DNA of 62,909 nt, filler included, from Platydemus manokwari (lineage: Eukaryota): the NCBI GenBank assembly GCA_037951405.1. It is 5 parts of 5 records of this genome, joined end to end, with 100 filler letters (N's around TTAATTAATTAA, not from the genome) between each part and the next. Parts side by side here need not be neighbours in the genome. Positions count along the whole stretch, not along the records: positions 37,728 to 52,009 come from JBBMOY011491417.1; positions 52,110 to 62,909 come from JBBMOY011104553.1; 3 more parts are not named here. One strand, written 5' to 3'. Below, in pieces: positions 39,886 to 53,248 of the stretch. Below the pieces are notes generated by a model. The model saw only the letters and a list, made by a program, of their open reading frames with translations, did no database searches and had not been told where the DNA came from. Position 1 is the first letter of the stretch. Each line of letters starts with the position of its first letter. The translations under genes and the position numbers were made by a program.

Positions 39886-40567
39886 AAGTCAATAATCATT
39901 TATTTTAGAATCAAATCATTATTGTGAAACAAGACTTTAAAATTTCATGAATATGTAAAATGTTTAGCTATTTCCAAAAGTTGCTTTTTGTAATGTTCAA
40001 CATATATCTCAAACTCCAAATTCCTACTAAAAAGATTAAAAAAATCTTTTTGAAATATAATTTACTTTATAAATTTAAAAATAAACTTGAAATTAACAGT
40101 ATAGTTTACACAATTTGGTAACAGAAAGTCAATTACTACAATAAATAGAGATCTAGAGATAAAGATTTATAATCAAATATTTTTCATTACTAACAAAAAT
40201 CCATTTCAAATTAAACAAATAAAAGAAATTAAAAATATCTTCAAGTAAAATGTAACTATTAATTAGATATCTAATAATTATATTACAGAAATACTTTAGG
40301 ATTTTAAAAATGATATTTATTTATAGAGACAAAACAGAGATGACATATATTGGTTTTATAATATCAGAAAAAATTTTAATTTAATAATTAAATTTCATAT
40401 TTTTAATTAAAAAATACTATTGGAATATTGAACTTCTTTATGTGCTTAAATTTAATATTTTCAATTATCTATAGAAATATGCCCATTTTGTTTATTTTAA
40501 ATGCATCAAATTGTTTATAAAATTGTTATCTTTTTTAATGTAAAAAGCATTTAACGAACAGTATTTA

Positions 40568-43500
40568 ATGATCTATAGTTCTATACGTTCTTTTATTTTC
40601 CATATTTTATTTACAACTGCAATAGGAAATGTTAGCGGTAATTCTATTTATCATTTATCGGTATTATCCGAATTTGACTTCTGTTTAGTTAAAATTTTGC
40701 AAATTAATTTATCGAACGATTTTAATAGTATTAATGAAAGTAAAGGATCCAGTATAAATCACTCAAAAAATAATACTGATATTGTGAACTTCGTTATGCT
40801 GCATAAACCCGATGTGGTTTTATGGTTAAGGTACATATATTTATGAATCAGGTTTATTCAATAAACAATTATAGTAGTTGTAGATTAGGATATGATTCAT
40901 TCATTGAAAAAATCAAAAGTCTAAAACTAAATATTGCAGTTTTACCTTTATTATCTTATGAAAATCTGGATATGTGTTATGATTATCCAAAAAATAAGAA
41001 TCATTCAAAATGTTATTATTCTATTGTTTTTAAGAAATTGAATTTTTTAATTACTAATACACGCCTATGGACTATGAAAAGTGATGATTCCGAAAAGCAG
41101 TTTGAATGGCTTAAGAAGAATTTACAAAAAGCAGAACGTCAAAAACAGCATGTTATAATTGCCGGCTATAAATCGCCCGGTTCATTAGAAATATCAAATG
41201 GTTCGTTAAATTACGCTTTTTACTATAATGAAAAACTTGTGGAATTATTCCTTAAATATTCTAATGTTATAAGGGGTTGTCTTTTTGGAAATGAAAATAT
41301 CGATACATTCAGGATTATCTTCAATAACGAAAGTAAGTTGATTTTGTACTTGATAAATTATTCAAAATAATATTGTTATTACCTTTTAATGGTTATAAAA
41401 TTCAATAACCTGCATGAAAGCATATGAAAAATATTAACTATTGAATTAAAATAATAACATTTTATTTTATTATATTCTAGAGAGCTCAAAAAATGTGATT
41501 TTTATATTCATTTTGTAGTGTTTAACAGGACTCAATGTTCTTCTGTATTGGCACATAACTGAGTTTTGTCACTCCTAAGAGTCTTAAGATTACCCATTAT
41601 AAACTATTATTTGTTAAATGCCAATATTATATCAACTTCGAGAAATTGTAAATAAATACTTTATTTCGTATTTTGCTGCTTAAAAATTATATAGGGTCAG
41701 AGAGGCTTTATTGTTACGGATCATTTAATCTGTAAACCTATGACTCTGTAGAGTTACTTGTGTTTTTGAAATAATTAACTTATCGATTACCTCTTCAATC
41801 ATAAATCCGCTAATTAGTTGAATATCGATTTTTTTTGATTGCACAATTATGAATTAAAATGACAGATTCGGTTGGTGGTTTAAGATTTTGATTATAATTA
41901 TTAACAAGTATATCGTCATTTTGGTATTTAATGCTTTAGAACATCTTACTTGCGCAGTGACTTGTGTTTTAGGATTCCTCACGCATATTTTATTGGTCTA
42001 TTTTTAAATTTGTGCCTTCATTCTTATTTGACTGTAAGTACTTGTAGATTAATTTTATAATTTCATTTTTGATTATTTGGCTTTCTCGAATTTTTTATTG
42101 ATATGGCATCTCTGTCTTCTCATTGCATTTTGGAGTTAGGAGTAAATTTTCTTTTCTATATCGCGTAAACCAATTTTATGAATAGTTTACGTCGTTGTAC
42201 TGCAGTATATAATCCATTATTGCCATATTCGACGTCATAGTCTATGATTCGTTAATTTCTTCATATGGATTTAGTGTTATAAATGACAAAACACAACGAT
42301 TAATTGTTCCAGCTAGTAATTAACCTTCATCGGGAAACCTGAACAATGTATTCATTTGTACTAAGAACAGATAGTTAAACATTTTGTTCAATATTGCTTT
42401 ATCAAAAGTCAGTAATAATTAAGTCAGTATTTCCATTTTTATTAGAATTTAATGGCATATTAATTTTGATAATTTAGCTCGCTACTAGGTGACATTTCGT
42501 GATATATTTTTAAGTAATGTTTTATTTAAAATTCTTTAGATTTAGTGATGAGTTAGTTTTGATTTATTTGTATTATATTTATACTGATATATGGAATTCG
42601 AAATATATCTGTTTCTTGACCAGGTTTTGGTGGAAAGTCATGTGTTAATATTACTATCGTGTATAATAGTAGCAATTCGCTTCATTCTATATTTCTAAAT
42701 ATCCTTATTCTATCAAACTATCCCTGTTCTTCGACAATGTACCAATTATATCCAGCCATTCCTTGGAATCATCAAATTGATTTTTCTTCATTTCTGTCAA
42801 AATTCTTCAAATATTTTTAACCGTATTTTGTATTCTTCGTTATTTTTGTCAGATCTTTGAATCACTATGTATAACTTATATTAGAAATATCTTTGATATT
42901 AATACTCCATTTTAAATATAAATTTGAAAGAAAAGCATATTACGGTAATCCATTACTAATTTGTTATTTTTGTGTTAATAGTGTACTAAGTTAATTAATC
43001 TAGAAAATTAATAAATCTAAATAATGAAAATGATGTTTTAGATAAACCAATGCTGCCAATATTTATTTCATCATCATCATCAAATAAATATGTTCGAATA
43101 TACACCTACAATCCGAAATCCAATGAACTTGATAATTATGTAGTATATCAAAAAAACACATCAGATGTTTGGAAAGAAATCTATAATTGTAAAACTGTTT
43201 ATGGGCTTACAAATATGAATGCTACTAGTTGGTCTAATTTAGCGGAATCATTTTTAAATATGAATTCGAGCAATTTTGAAAATTATCAATATTATTCACT
43301 GGGAAATGATTTATTCAAAAACTATTGCAACATTGAAAATAAATTTAATAAAACAAGATGCATCAAGTGCAGATCAAATTGTTTCATAATTAATTTAAAA
43401 CAAAATTATTTGGATTCTTGTTTGAAAAAGTGTACTTCATTAATTATGGGTATGGGATATTTAAATAATACCGAAGATTCCGAGCAAAACAATGGATTTC

Positions 43501-43787
43501 TCTTTGTATTTGCTGTGATAGCTGGTTTTGTAATTATATTAGTTGGTATCGTATTAGCAGTCAATAAAGTTTATTGCATTCGCAGAGGACGCCAGAGAAA
43601 TATTTTTCTCGCTCCTCTTACTCTCAATATCCAGGCGGAAACAGTTGATGATAATCAAAATCTTAATTTAAGTGGAAAAGGAAGCAATTCCAAAGATGAT
43701 ATTGATACATGTCAAATAAAAAACTCCAATGGCTTTAGACGTTCAAACCATGAAGTTGAACAGACTTACAACTATATTCGAATGTAA
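40568..43787 (+). CDS. Divergent acid sphingomyelinase-like (SMPDL3/metallophosphoesterase-fold) type I membrane protein; catalytic motifs degenerate
   Basis: Exons 40568-40830, 40875-41332 and 43042-43787 join in frame (introns of 44 bp and 1709 bp). Features: a signal-peptide-like N-terminus, PDVVLWL, LITNTRLW, QFEWLKKNLQKAE..VIIAGYKSPG, GCLFGNENIDTFRI, VRIYTY, W..IY....YGL......W, a Cys-rich tail and the TM helix FLFVFAVIAGFVIILVGIVLAV. Confidence 0.75.
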
Positions 43788-46039
43788 TAAATAACAAATA
43801 AGAATTTGCTTATTCCATATTGAAACGGACCATTAAGCATTTTAGCACATGGTGCTTGGATTTTTCAAAAATTAATTCTTATTTTTCATTTGAAGTGATA
43901 GTTACGTAATCATTTATATACTCAAAAATTCTAGTCATACTTATTCAATTTTCTTTTTTTTTATCAACATTGATTTAATTTTGCTAATTTTTATATTTTA
44001 TCAATCGAACAATATTGTGTTTAATGGCTTGTGTTTTATTTATACCAGTAGCATGACATTAAAAAAAATATTATATTTAATCTGTTTTTTGCATTGTCTG
44101 TATTCCTACTTAGGACTTGTGACATTCAATTTATGTTAAATTTAAAAATTCAAATGAAATTTGATATAAAGAGAATTGAAGGCATGCAATTAACACTGTA
44201 TTATTAGAAAACGTCTTAAATATTTTGTTTTTTTGTATGGATTAATAAACATTTTATTATATTTTTAGTTATTGAATTCAATTAATGTCCCATGGTGTGT
44301 AATAGAATATTTTGCATTAATATTTAATTATTATTTTAAATGGATAATTAAAATATTTATTAATAAAGTATTCGTAAAAAATAAACTCTAAAAAGTTGAA
44401 TAAATGCTGATTGTTTATGGTAAGTTATGAAGTACTGTTTGCACTTATTTGAATTTAACTTTAATAATTCATTGTATTATTTACCCTTTTAATTTGATCT
44501 ATATAAAAATTCATATACCTTAGGATTTCTACGACATGATTGGAAATTTTAATTCATTTGGGTGTTAAACAATAAGATTTTTAGTAAAGTTTTAAGAATA
44601 TTATCACATTATAAACTCTTAAATCGTGGAATTGAAAATGAACTGTGTTCAGATATATATCATTTTGAGTAGAGCAGTTACTTTAGGATTCATGAAGACA
44701 ATGACAGAAATATTGGTTTAGGTAGTAAAAAAATTGTGAATGAATAAATTTTGGGATTCATATTAAAAATAGCGTGGGAGATTTGCCTTAGATGATGTTA
44801 AACTCTGTTCTCGGGATTCCGAGTTATTAGAAGACAGGTCTTGGGAAGAGGCCCTCCGCTTACGTTTCTAAATAGTCTTTTTCATGATGAGGACTATATG
44901 ATAGTTTATGATATTATCCTCGAAAATGACATTGTAAAAATGGTAAAAAGATGCGTGGTGAAATGGAGAAATTCATCTGTAATGACAGCATAGGGCATAC
45001 AGTTTTAAAAAATGAATTTCAATGAAAATTTTGGAATTTGTCAAAAAAAATGAATCAATATTTCGAAATTTAAGTGACTTAGCAAATATAATAATGCTTA
45101 TATTAATTCTACTCTTCACACTTGAGATCTATTTTGTTGAATTGTGGTTGATGTTAATGTGATTTTATACAACCTAACAGCGTGACTTTTAAAATTTATT
45201 TTGATAAAGTTATTTTATTAAATAGTAAAAATTAACACAATTATTAAAATAAGATTTGTTTTCCGCCATCAAAATGACAAAATTTAACTGAGACCAATGT
45301 AATTTTAAAAACAAATCGGTAAGGTTATCTTCTAGGAAACGCTAAGTTTTTCTTATGATTTTATGGATATGGATTTCATTATCTTTTATTTTGTTGTATG
45401 AACCAAAAGATTTAATTCTATTGCGGTAAATTATTATATTTATTTATCTAAAATTATTCTTTTATTCAAAGATATTATTGACCTTTTCCAAAGATTAGAA
45501 ATGAATAGTAGAAATTTTCGATAGCTAAAAATTCAAACTGGTGAATTCAACTGAATTTCTAACTTGATATTTTTGAGAGTGAATTCATCGCTTTACGAGT
45601 CGACTATATAGTTGTCAACTTTGCGTACTTTGTTCCCATAATCATTTGCTAAAATTTATCAAAAGATATTATTTTCAGTATTTGTACCTTAATTTTTATG
45701 AAATATTTTAAAATTCTTTGAATCTCAAATGATTTAACATTTATAAATTTAACTAATATTATTTTGACATTATCATATATTAATTGGTTTTATTTTATTC
45801 TTCCTTATTTGATTTAGTTCATTTGTCTCTATTTCATTTCATATATTAATTTATTTGTTATAAATTGAAATCATTTGAAATAAGGATTTTCACAAATAAT
45901 CACAAAGATAAAGATAATAATTAATAGTCAAATATTTGATGAAGAGTAAAAATGTTTAAAAATCAAATGTTTGTCAGATATTATGATCTAGAATCGTTAT
46001 CGGGATTTTGGAATTCGTAAATCCCGGATTCAAACCCAA

Positions 46040-46269
46040 TCTCCAGTTCTTCTTTCCTCAAGTATTTTTCTTGTCTCTTAGCTCGTTTTTGGACTGGGCC
46101 CCTTCAGCGAATTTATATAGTTTATTTTGATGTTTGTGTGGTGTGAGGTTTTATTTTGGTTATTTCTTCTTGCGCTATACGAGGTAATGGTGATGTGTTT
46201 TTTTATCTCTTCATCTTCACTTCCCTCACTATCTGAATAGAGTATTAGTCGGACTGTAGTCTCCCAACA
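46040..46269 (-). repeat. LTR-like repeat ending CCCAACA
   Basis: GC-elevated block ending ...cttcatc...gagtattag...tcccaaca, like the copies ending at 39885 and 47991. The similarity is weaker here. Confidence 0.35.
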
Positions 46270-47622
46270 ACTTTAAAGAGCATTATTATACAAAGGAAAA
46301 AAGAATTAGAAGACAAATTTTAGAAAAATTAAGAAACGAAGTAGTTATCTTTTTATAACAGTGTGAACAAAATTTAGATGACGATGGATATTTGTTGAAT
46401 TCTGAATTATTAGCGGCTTTACATTCTGTATATGTGATTTCATCTCTCCACATTATTTTCTCCACAAAATTTTCAATAAAGCATTGTCAAATGTCCGTAT
46501 GACTATCAGTATAACTACATGAAGCATTGATATTAAATCGATATTGTCTGAATTTGTTGACTTCGGGATTAACGTGCCGTCTCTTCGTTAAGAGTGTGTA
46601 AGATTGATTTTCTACGATTGAAACTGAGTTAGTTGATGTTGAAATCTCATTTAATCGATTTTTAGTTTCACAATGTGCATATCATTATGTTGGGTTTTGG
46701 GGCTTATAAGTATTCCAAATACAAGTGAGTTCGTTAAGGTTAATCTGATTTAAAATCCAACTAACCCTCTTGAATATCAGTCTATTTAATAATAATTATT
46801 TAATATATGTAAACTCGTACTGAATAACCAATTATTGTATAAATTATGATAATTCCAAAAAAAATTATTAAATCAAAAGCAAAGACGATTTAATGAGAAC
46901 AGTCCTCTATTGAAACTACTACAATTACAAAGGTATCTTGATGTATGAACAACAAAATTATTTTAATTAATTAACCGGTACAACAGTCAATTTATTTATT
47001 TTCCAACAAACACAAATTTAGCTCACGCAATTTATGGTTTGGGAATGGTCGATTCGAATTTGACCAAACGGCCTTGTAAATATTCAGATTTCAAATTTAT
47101 AGATTTTAAAATATAAATTTCAACTCAATTTCTTCACTCTTCGCACCTTTTTTATGTAATATTCAGAATTTCCACAAGTGTTCCAATTTATTTCTGTGAA
47201 GTTTTCTCAGTCGGTTAACTCTTCTAGAAAATAATATTTTTTTATGAGCGAAATTTTATGATTTTTGGTGCCTATTTATACTGTTTTGGAAGTGGAAAAT
47301 CTGATTTAAAAATTTAAAATATTTTTATTTTTCAACTTTGAAATAAAAATTATTTTATTTTTCCAAACATTTAATTCCATAAATTTTTATCTAATTCTGA
47401 TATTTTTTGACATTTTCAGAAATTCTGACGAATTAATTTTGGAATTTCTTTATATTATTAGCACACTAAAACAAATTTTAAATTTTATAAGTTAATTTTT
47501 ATTTTCGTTATTATTACTATCTTAAGCGCGCTATTTATTATTTTTGTTTTCAGATTTTATTTTTAGGTTATTTTTAAGTTTATTTTTATTAAAAAATTCG
47601 ATTAATTTAAAATTGTAATTTT

Positions 47623-47991
47623 TGACAAAATACATTATACATCAAATTCGATATACATTTATAATCAAGGAAAGATTTGAGAAATACAATAGTACAAGAC
47701 AATTATTAAAGACAAAATGAATCAAATCACAAAATGTAAATATTTACAAATATTCGTGGTCGAACTCCTAGTCAATGTCTACGTTTTTGTGGAGTTCCCA
47801 CCATCTTGATGTGTCGATATGCGTCATTTGACACTGCTGGCTCTGTTTTGACTTTGTCCTGTGGTTCTATCCGGCTGACCTTCTCAGGGTTATCGCCCAA
47901 TATACCACTCAATCCCAGTTTCCTTCTTCATCCAACTCTATCCTCTCGTTGTTATTTGAGTACTTGGGACGTCTAGGGCACTTTCCCAACA
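47623..47991 (-). repeat. Solo-LTR-like repeat (TG...CA)
   Basis: Ends ttcccaaca and is homologous to 39695-39885. The left boundary is uncertain and no clear target-site duplication is visible. Confidence 0.45.
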
Positions 47992-48466
47992 AATACGTAC
48001 CAAACGTTCAAATTCCAACTGTGAATGTGGGTTTCTCCACGCTTCGATTTTAGTCTTCCACTACTACATTTTTAAGATTCCTGAAGATGATTGAAAGTTA
48101 AAAATATAATTAATTTGTTCCCATAGCAAATTAATTTACGATGGTTTTCTCGTCTTTGTAATTTTCTTTTAACCAATAAGAAATTTTTGTAATATGATTT
48201 CTAAGAAATATTACTTTGAAATATTAATTGATATTTTTTAATTTGATAATCAGAATAATTTTAACTACATAAATTAGGTTTATTTTTGACAAATCTAGAT
48301 GTTTAACATTTTGTATTTTAAATGTAAACAAATCTAAAATGAAATAATTTTTATATTTTTGTTTCATTATGCTATTTTTGTTAATATTTTAAAATTCTTG
48401 TATGACAATTTCAATTTTAAATTAATATTTTAAATTATATTTTAAATTTAAAATATATTATTTTCT

Positions 48467-50829
48467 ATGTCTAAAACTCAGTTAGTAGGAGATGATTTTA
48501 TTGCATCTGTATTTAAACCAACTGTTGTCATATCTTCCAGTGCAGATGCAAATCTGTTATGCGTTAAAAACCATTTGACTTTTACAGATTTGCTAAAACC
48601 GTTTAGTGCTATTAATAAAGATGGTAGTTATTTGGAGTTAATAATTAATTATTTTTCTATTATTTTATAGTAATTTTACGAGATAATAACAATATTTCTC
48701 ATTGTATAAAAAACCTTCAAATTAACTTCGAAGATATAAATAACGGTCCTCTTCAACCACAACAAGTTAAAAAATTACAAAATGATGTCGTGACGAAATG
48801 TATTAACACGTCTACTTCTAATATAATAAGTATACATCATGGATCAACTGAAATTCTAGTACCAGGTGAAGCACATATTTAACAATTTATAATAATCGTC
48901 TGTTCTAGCTTCAACTCCATGGTTTGAAGCTTGGCGACAAATATTTGTTCAGAATATGTGTTTTTCTGAACACGAATTCCTTGGCCATTATCTAGCTTGC
49001 TTGTTTGTCGTATCAACTTTTAACAATGATATTATTGACCAATTTCAAAGATTATCGCAACAATTAACAAATGCTCAACATCATGGGAATTTTAGCTCAA
49101 AATTCTTTAATAGCAACATTTTGAAATATTACGTTTTACTTCATGACCAAGGTCAAGGTGATCAATTAAGGTAATTTTGTTTTCTTAATTCTTTTTCAAA
49201 ATTTATTTAATAGTAAAATTTAATGGTACTGTCATATTTGTTGATAATTGGGTTATCGATTTGAATATCATTTTATGAAAATTGATAGCTTATTTAAAAA
49301 CTCATTTCTAAAATATATTTAATGTGAACTTTCTTTTTAATATTAAAACTAAATATTCTTTTTAGAGCAGAAGAATTATATAAATTGTTAAAATCAAAAT
49401 TTGGAACAAATAACTGCTATCTACTTTCAATAAATTCGGTCACGACTAATACTCTGACCAATAATGAGAACTTGTTATCGAATCGCAACAATGAGAATGA
49501 AACTCATACTGATCCTTGGATACAATTCTTAATTCCAGGAGGAAATTTACTTAATGAAATGATTAATTCCGTCGAAGGTTTCTTTAATATTTGCGAAAAT
49601 ATTATATTGAGGAGCAATCATTTTTAGATTCGCATAACAATCACAATACAATTAAAGATGAACCTATTTCTATATTGTTACCAAATGATCCATTGTCCTT
49701 GTTTAAATCTAGTCTTGATGATAAAGATTCGTCGTTTAATTCCAGGTATAATTCGAAGTCAGGTGTTAAATACAGCACCAGTTATCCACAGTTACATGCC
49801 AGTGGTAATAAAAATTATGATTTATTGAACAGTGAAGGCTTATTAATAACTTCGAGTAAAGATATTGTTTATCACTTTGGTTAAATTGATATAAAATGAG
49901 TGATATTAATTGTTAATGTGTATTAGATGTATCATATTTGTTTGATCGTAAAATTACAATCATATTTCATTGATGTTTTCAAATTATATCCAAATGTTTG
50001 TATATGTTATATATTTAATGTTTTATTATGCTAATAATCATCTATAGAGTTGATAGTAAAATTACAAAAGAAAAGTCCATTGTGTTAATTGAATGAATGA
50101 AAATAGTTTTCAATATCACATGATGTCATTATTATTATTATTAGTATTATTATAGAATGATATTAAGTGGTGATGAATATAAGAGTTATTTATGATTAAT
50201 TTTCATTTATTAATTTAACATTTTTTATCAACCATTTCATTTAGATGATTCGATTGAGTTAACAAAAGTTAAATCTGATATTCATAAACCCCATGGACAA
50301 TGTCTCACGCCTTCTGATCATGAACGAATTCGTCAATTTGTTTTTGAATTTGTTTCATTTGGTTTGATGCCATGGGTCGAATCAACATTAAAGCAATTGA
50401 GTGACCAAGTAATTTATTTGCTATTTTTTTGAGAATATTTTTTAATCTATTTTTCATTAAGATTGCATATAAATTGAAAATGTCAAGAGGATTTTTTAAT
50501 GTCACACGAAAGTTTTTTGGAGGAAATACATCACATGTCAAGACAAACCCCTTAAGTTCCACTTCAAATTTGTCATCCAAGTTTAACATTTAAATGAAAT
50601 AATAATTTCCCTTTATCATATTTACAGTTTGTCAGGATCAGCTTCAAATATTAATTCTACTGGATCAATGAGAGTTGTTTATACTTCTGAAGCAATAGAA
50701 ATGCAAATGCGTCGCCATGCTGATTTGGCATTTTTATTTCAACAATACGAAGTGGCCTACCAAACTTATAATGTTTTAAAAAAGGATTTTCATGATGATG
50801 GAGCATGCTTACATTATGCGGGAGCAATG
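48467..50829 (+). CDS. TRAPPC8: Trafficking protein particle complex subunit 8 (Trs85), N-terminal part; the remainder is lost at the gap
   Basis: Exons begin at 48467, 48671, 48909, 49366, 49628, 50245, 50462 and 50628. Motifs LTFTDLLKPF, STPWFEAWR, SEHEFLGHYLAC, LKYYVLLHD, CYLLSINS, HGQCLTPSDHERIRQFV and EMQMRRHADLAFLFQQYEVAYQTY..LKKDF..D.A.LHYAGA are present. Confidence 0.92.
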
Positions 50830-51207
50830 GTTTATTATAATTATTATTTTTATAATATCAACAATATTCAATTATTTAATAATAATATTCTAGTTCTAAA
50901 AATATTATATTATTAGCTCAAAAATATTCATTATGTTCGTTATTTGGTTTTTCTTACACATTAACGGCTTTAACTTATTGAAAATCGATTTAAATATTCT
51001 CAACTCAAATATCAAACTGTTATCATTTATTTACCTTATTAATTTATTTGTTTATAAAATATTTTTATTTTGATATAAAAATATAATTTTACAAGTCTGA
51101 GTTGTTATGCTCTAACAAAACATAGTCAGCTCGTTGTTGAACTGCTAATTTTAATGAATTGAAATATTTATTCCAATCCAAATTTATATAAGAAATCTTT
51201 TAGTATA

Positions 51208-51752
51208 TATCGTGTGATTTATAAGTCTTCGTCTCTAAAACTAAAACAAAACAACAGTAGGAACAAACTAAATGTATGAAGTTACTTCAATGCACGACAA
51301 AACACAATAACACTAAGAACTAATAACGGTAAATAATATTCAATTTCATAGCAACTGTTCAAAATGTTCACTACCTTGCTCCAAACAGTGATTGTATCGT
51401 TTCCTGAAGCTTGAATGACATTTACGGACGACTTCTTGATTGATGTTTATTAATTCATGTGAAATTGCTTCTTCAAGTTCGTTGAGGTTGAATAATTGTT
51501 ATGGATTGCATAAACTCGACCTTTGATATAACTCCATAGCCAAAAATCCAATATCATGATATCTGGAGATCTTGGTGGCCACTCCTTTGGTCCTCTACGA
51601 CCAATCCAGTGCTGTGGAAAACTGAATAATAAGGAATAAGAAATAAAGTACATCAATTAGCGAATAATAATTAATATCAATGAGTATAAATTATATTGTG
51701 TTTTGTTGTTTTATTTTAGTTTTAAAGACGGAGATTTATGAATCGCACGGTA
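51208..51752 (-). mobile_element. Internally deleted Tc1/mariner-superfamily DNA transposon
   Basis: Imperfect terminal inverted repeats of about 50 bp (tatcgtgtgatttataagtcttcgtctctaaaactaaaac / ttttagttttaaagacggagatttatgaatcgcacggta) flanked by TA. The interior encodes the transposase C-terminal remnant WIGRRGPKEWPPRSPDIMILDFWLWSYIKGRVY. Confidence 0.88.
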
Positions 51753-52009
51753 TATAGTGCTTAAATTATATCTCCATTAATTTCATTATTTTCACATTAA
51801 CAGATTATGTAACAAGCAATTGTTTATCAAATGTTTTTATGTAAACAAAATAATCAATATTTATATAATATCTGGCACAAGATTGAAAAGTAGTGCATTG
51901 AATTATTGAAACATTTTTATATTAAGTTTTTAATATTAGGTGTATAACCTTAAAATTTCGGTTTTTTTTGAAAAATATTTATTTATTTAAAGTACATTTT
52001 GCATAGTAA

Positions 52010-52109
52010 NNNNNNNNNNNNNNNNNNNNNNNNNNNNNNNNNNNNNNNNNNNNTTAATTAATTAANNNNNNNNNNNNNNNNNNNNNNNNNNNNNNNNNNN
52101 NNNNNNNNN
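52010..52109. other. Assembly gap with TTAATTAATTAA spacer
   Basis: Same linker construct. Confidence 0.97.
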
Positions 52110-52600
52110 TTTTTACATAAAATTCAATTTTAGATTTATAACCAAAATTGAACTCTAACAATCAAAAACCATGTATTCGATGCCCGTTACTATTTTTGAA
52201 ACTTTCAAAACATTCCTCGATAATTTTTATGACTAGATATTTCTTCAATAGCGAGGAATCTACAAATTGGCTGTTTTAATAAAAATTGCTTATTAATGTA
52301 AATATAATTTTATTGTGTGAGGCCCGAGCACCAAAAATACTTTATTAAGAATTTGAATATGGAAACATATCTTCACCTGTACGATTTATTTGATTCATTA
52401 TAACAGGTTTCGGATCTATGTATATAATACAAGTCAGACAGTGTCCGACACCACCACAAAGTAGCTGGGCAAAATATCACAGGATTCTCTTCGTCTCACA
52501 AACTTTTATTCTCGTCTATCCCGCATATTCGTCTTCCGAGATGTCATAGATATTAAATAGTTGAGAGAAAACTCAAGTACCTGGCACTTGTAATCTTAAA

Positions 52601-52805
52601 AAAAGGGGTACCCGCTAATTTTCAATTAATTAGCATTTTTACTTACTTCGACCGTTTTTAAAATAATTAATTTTTTGGAGATTTCAAAAATACTATTATT
52701 AGATTCTAAATAACTAAAATTTTACTCAAATATTAAAATAAAAAAATTCAAAAAGTTATAAAACAATTTTTATTTTAGGACCCTTTTATAACTTTAGCCC
52801 AAATA
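52601..52805. repeat. Dispersed MITE-like repeat, copy 2
   Basis: Similar to 8931-9195. Short inverted ends aaaaggggtacc...ggaccctttt. Confidence 0.6.
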
Positions 52806-53248
52806 TCATTTTCATTTATTCATTAAACAAAGTTTTTAAATTGGCTAGTCACACTTCGCCAGTTCGGTTTTGACATTTTTGTTGATTTTAAATTAGTTAT
52901 TTTAGATTGATACAACCCCGTCAGCCTAAAAATGTATTACGCAAAAAACGCTAATTTACCAGAAACTTCAAAAATCATTTTCATTCTTTTAATTTGGAAT
53001 GTATACGTTATCGAATTTTTATCATTTTCCCAAAATTATTAATATTTTTTTAACGTAATTCAAATTTTCATTTCGTTTAGGAGTCACATATGAACAAAAG
53101 ATGTTTATATACGCTTACCAATTCTCTAATTTATTAATATCAACTAATATTACAATACATGAAATTATAACTATTTATTATACTATGAAATCTATAAAGA
53201 AATACAAATTATAAAATTAACACATAGATCCAAAAATTATTTATTTAA

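Noticed and set aside
40822-40874. Apparent frameshift or overlap between ORFs 40568..40846 and 40822..41370 (programmed frameshift)
   Set aside because: A canonical 44-bp GT-AG intron (40831-40874) restores the frame.
52110-52560. Possible downstream TRAPPC8 exons after the gap
   Set aside because: The frames following the candidate acceptor close quickly, and I recognised no TRAPPC8 motif.
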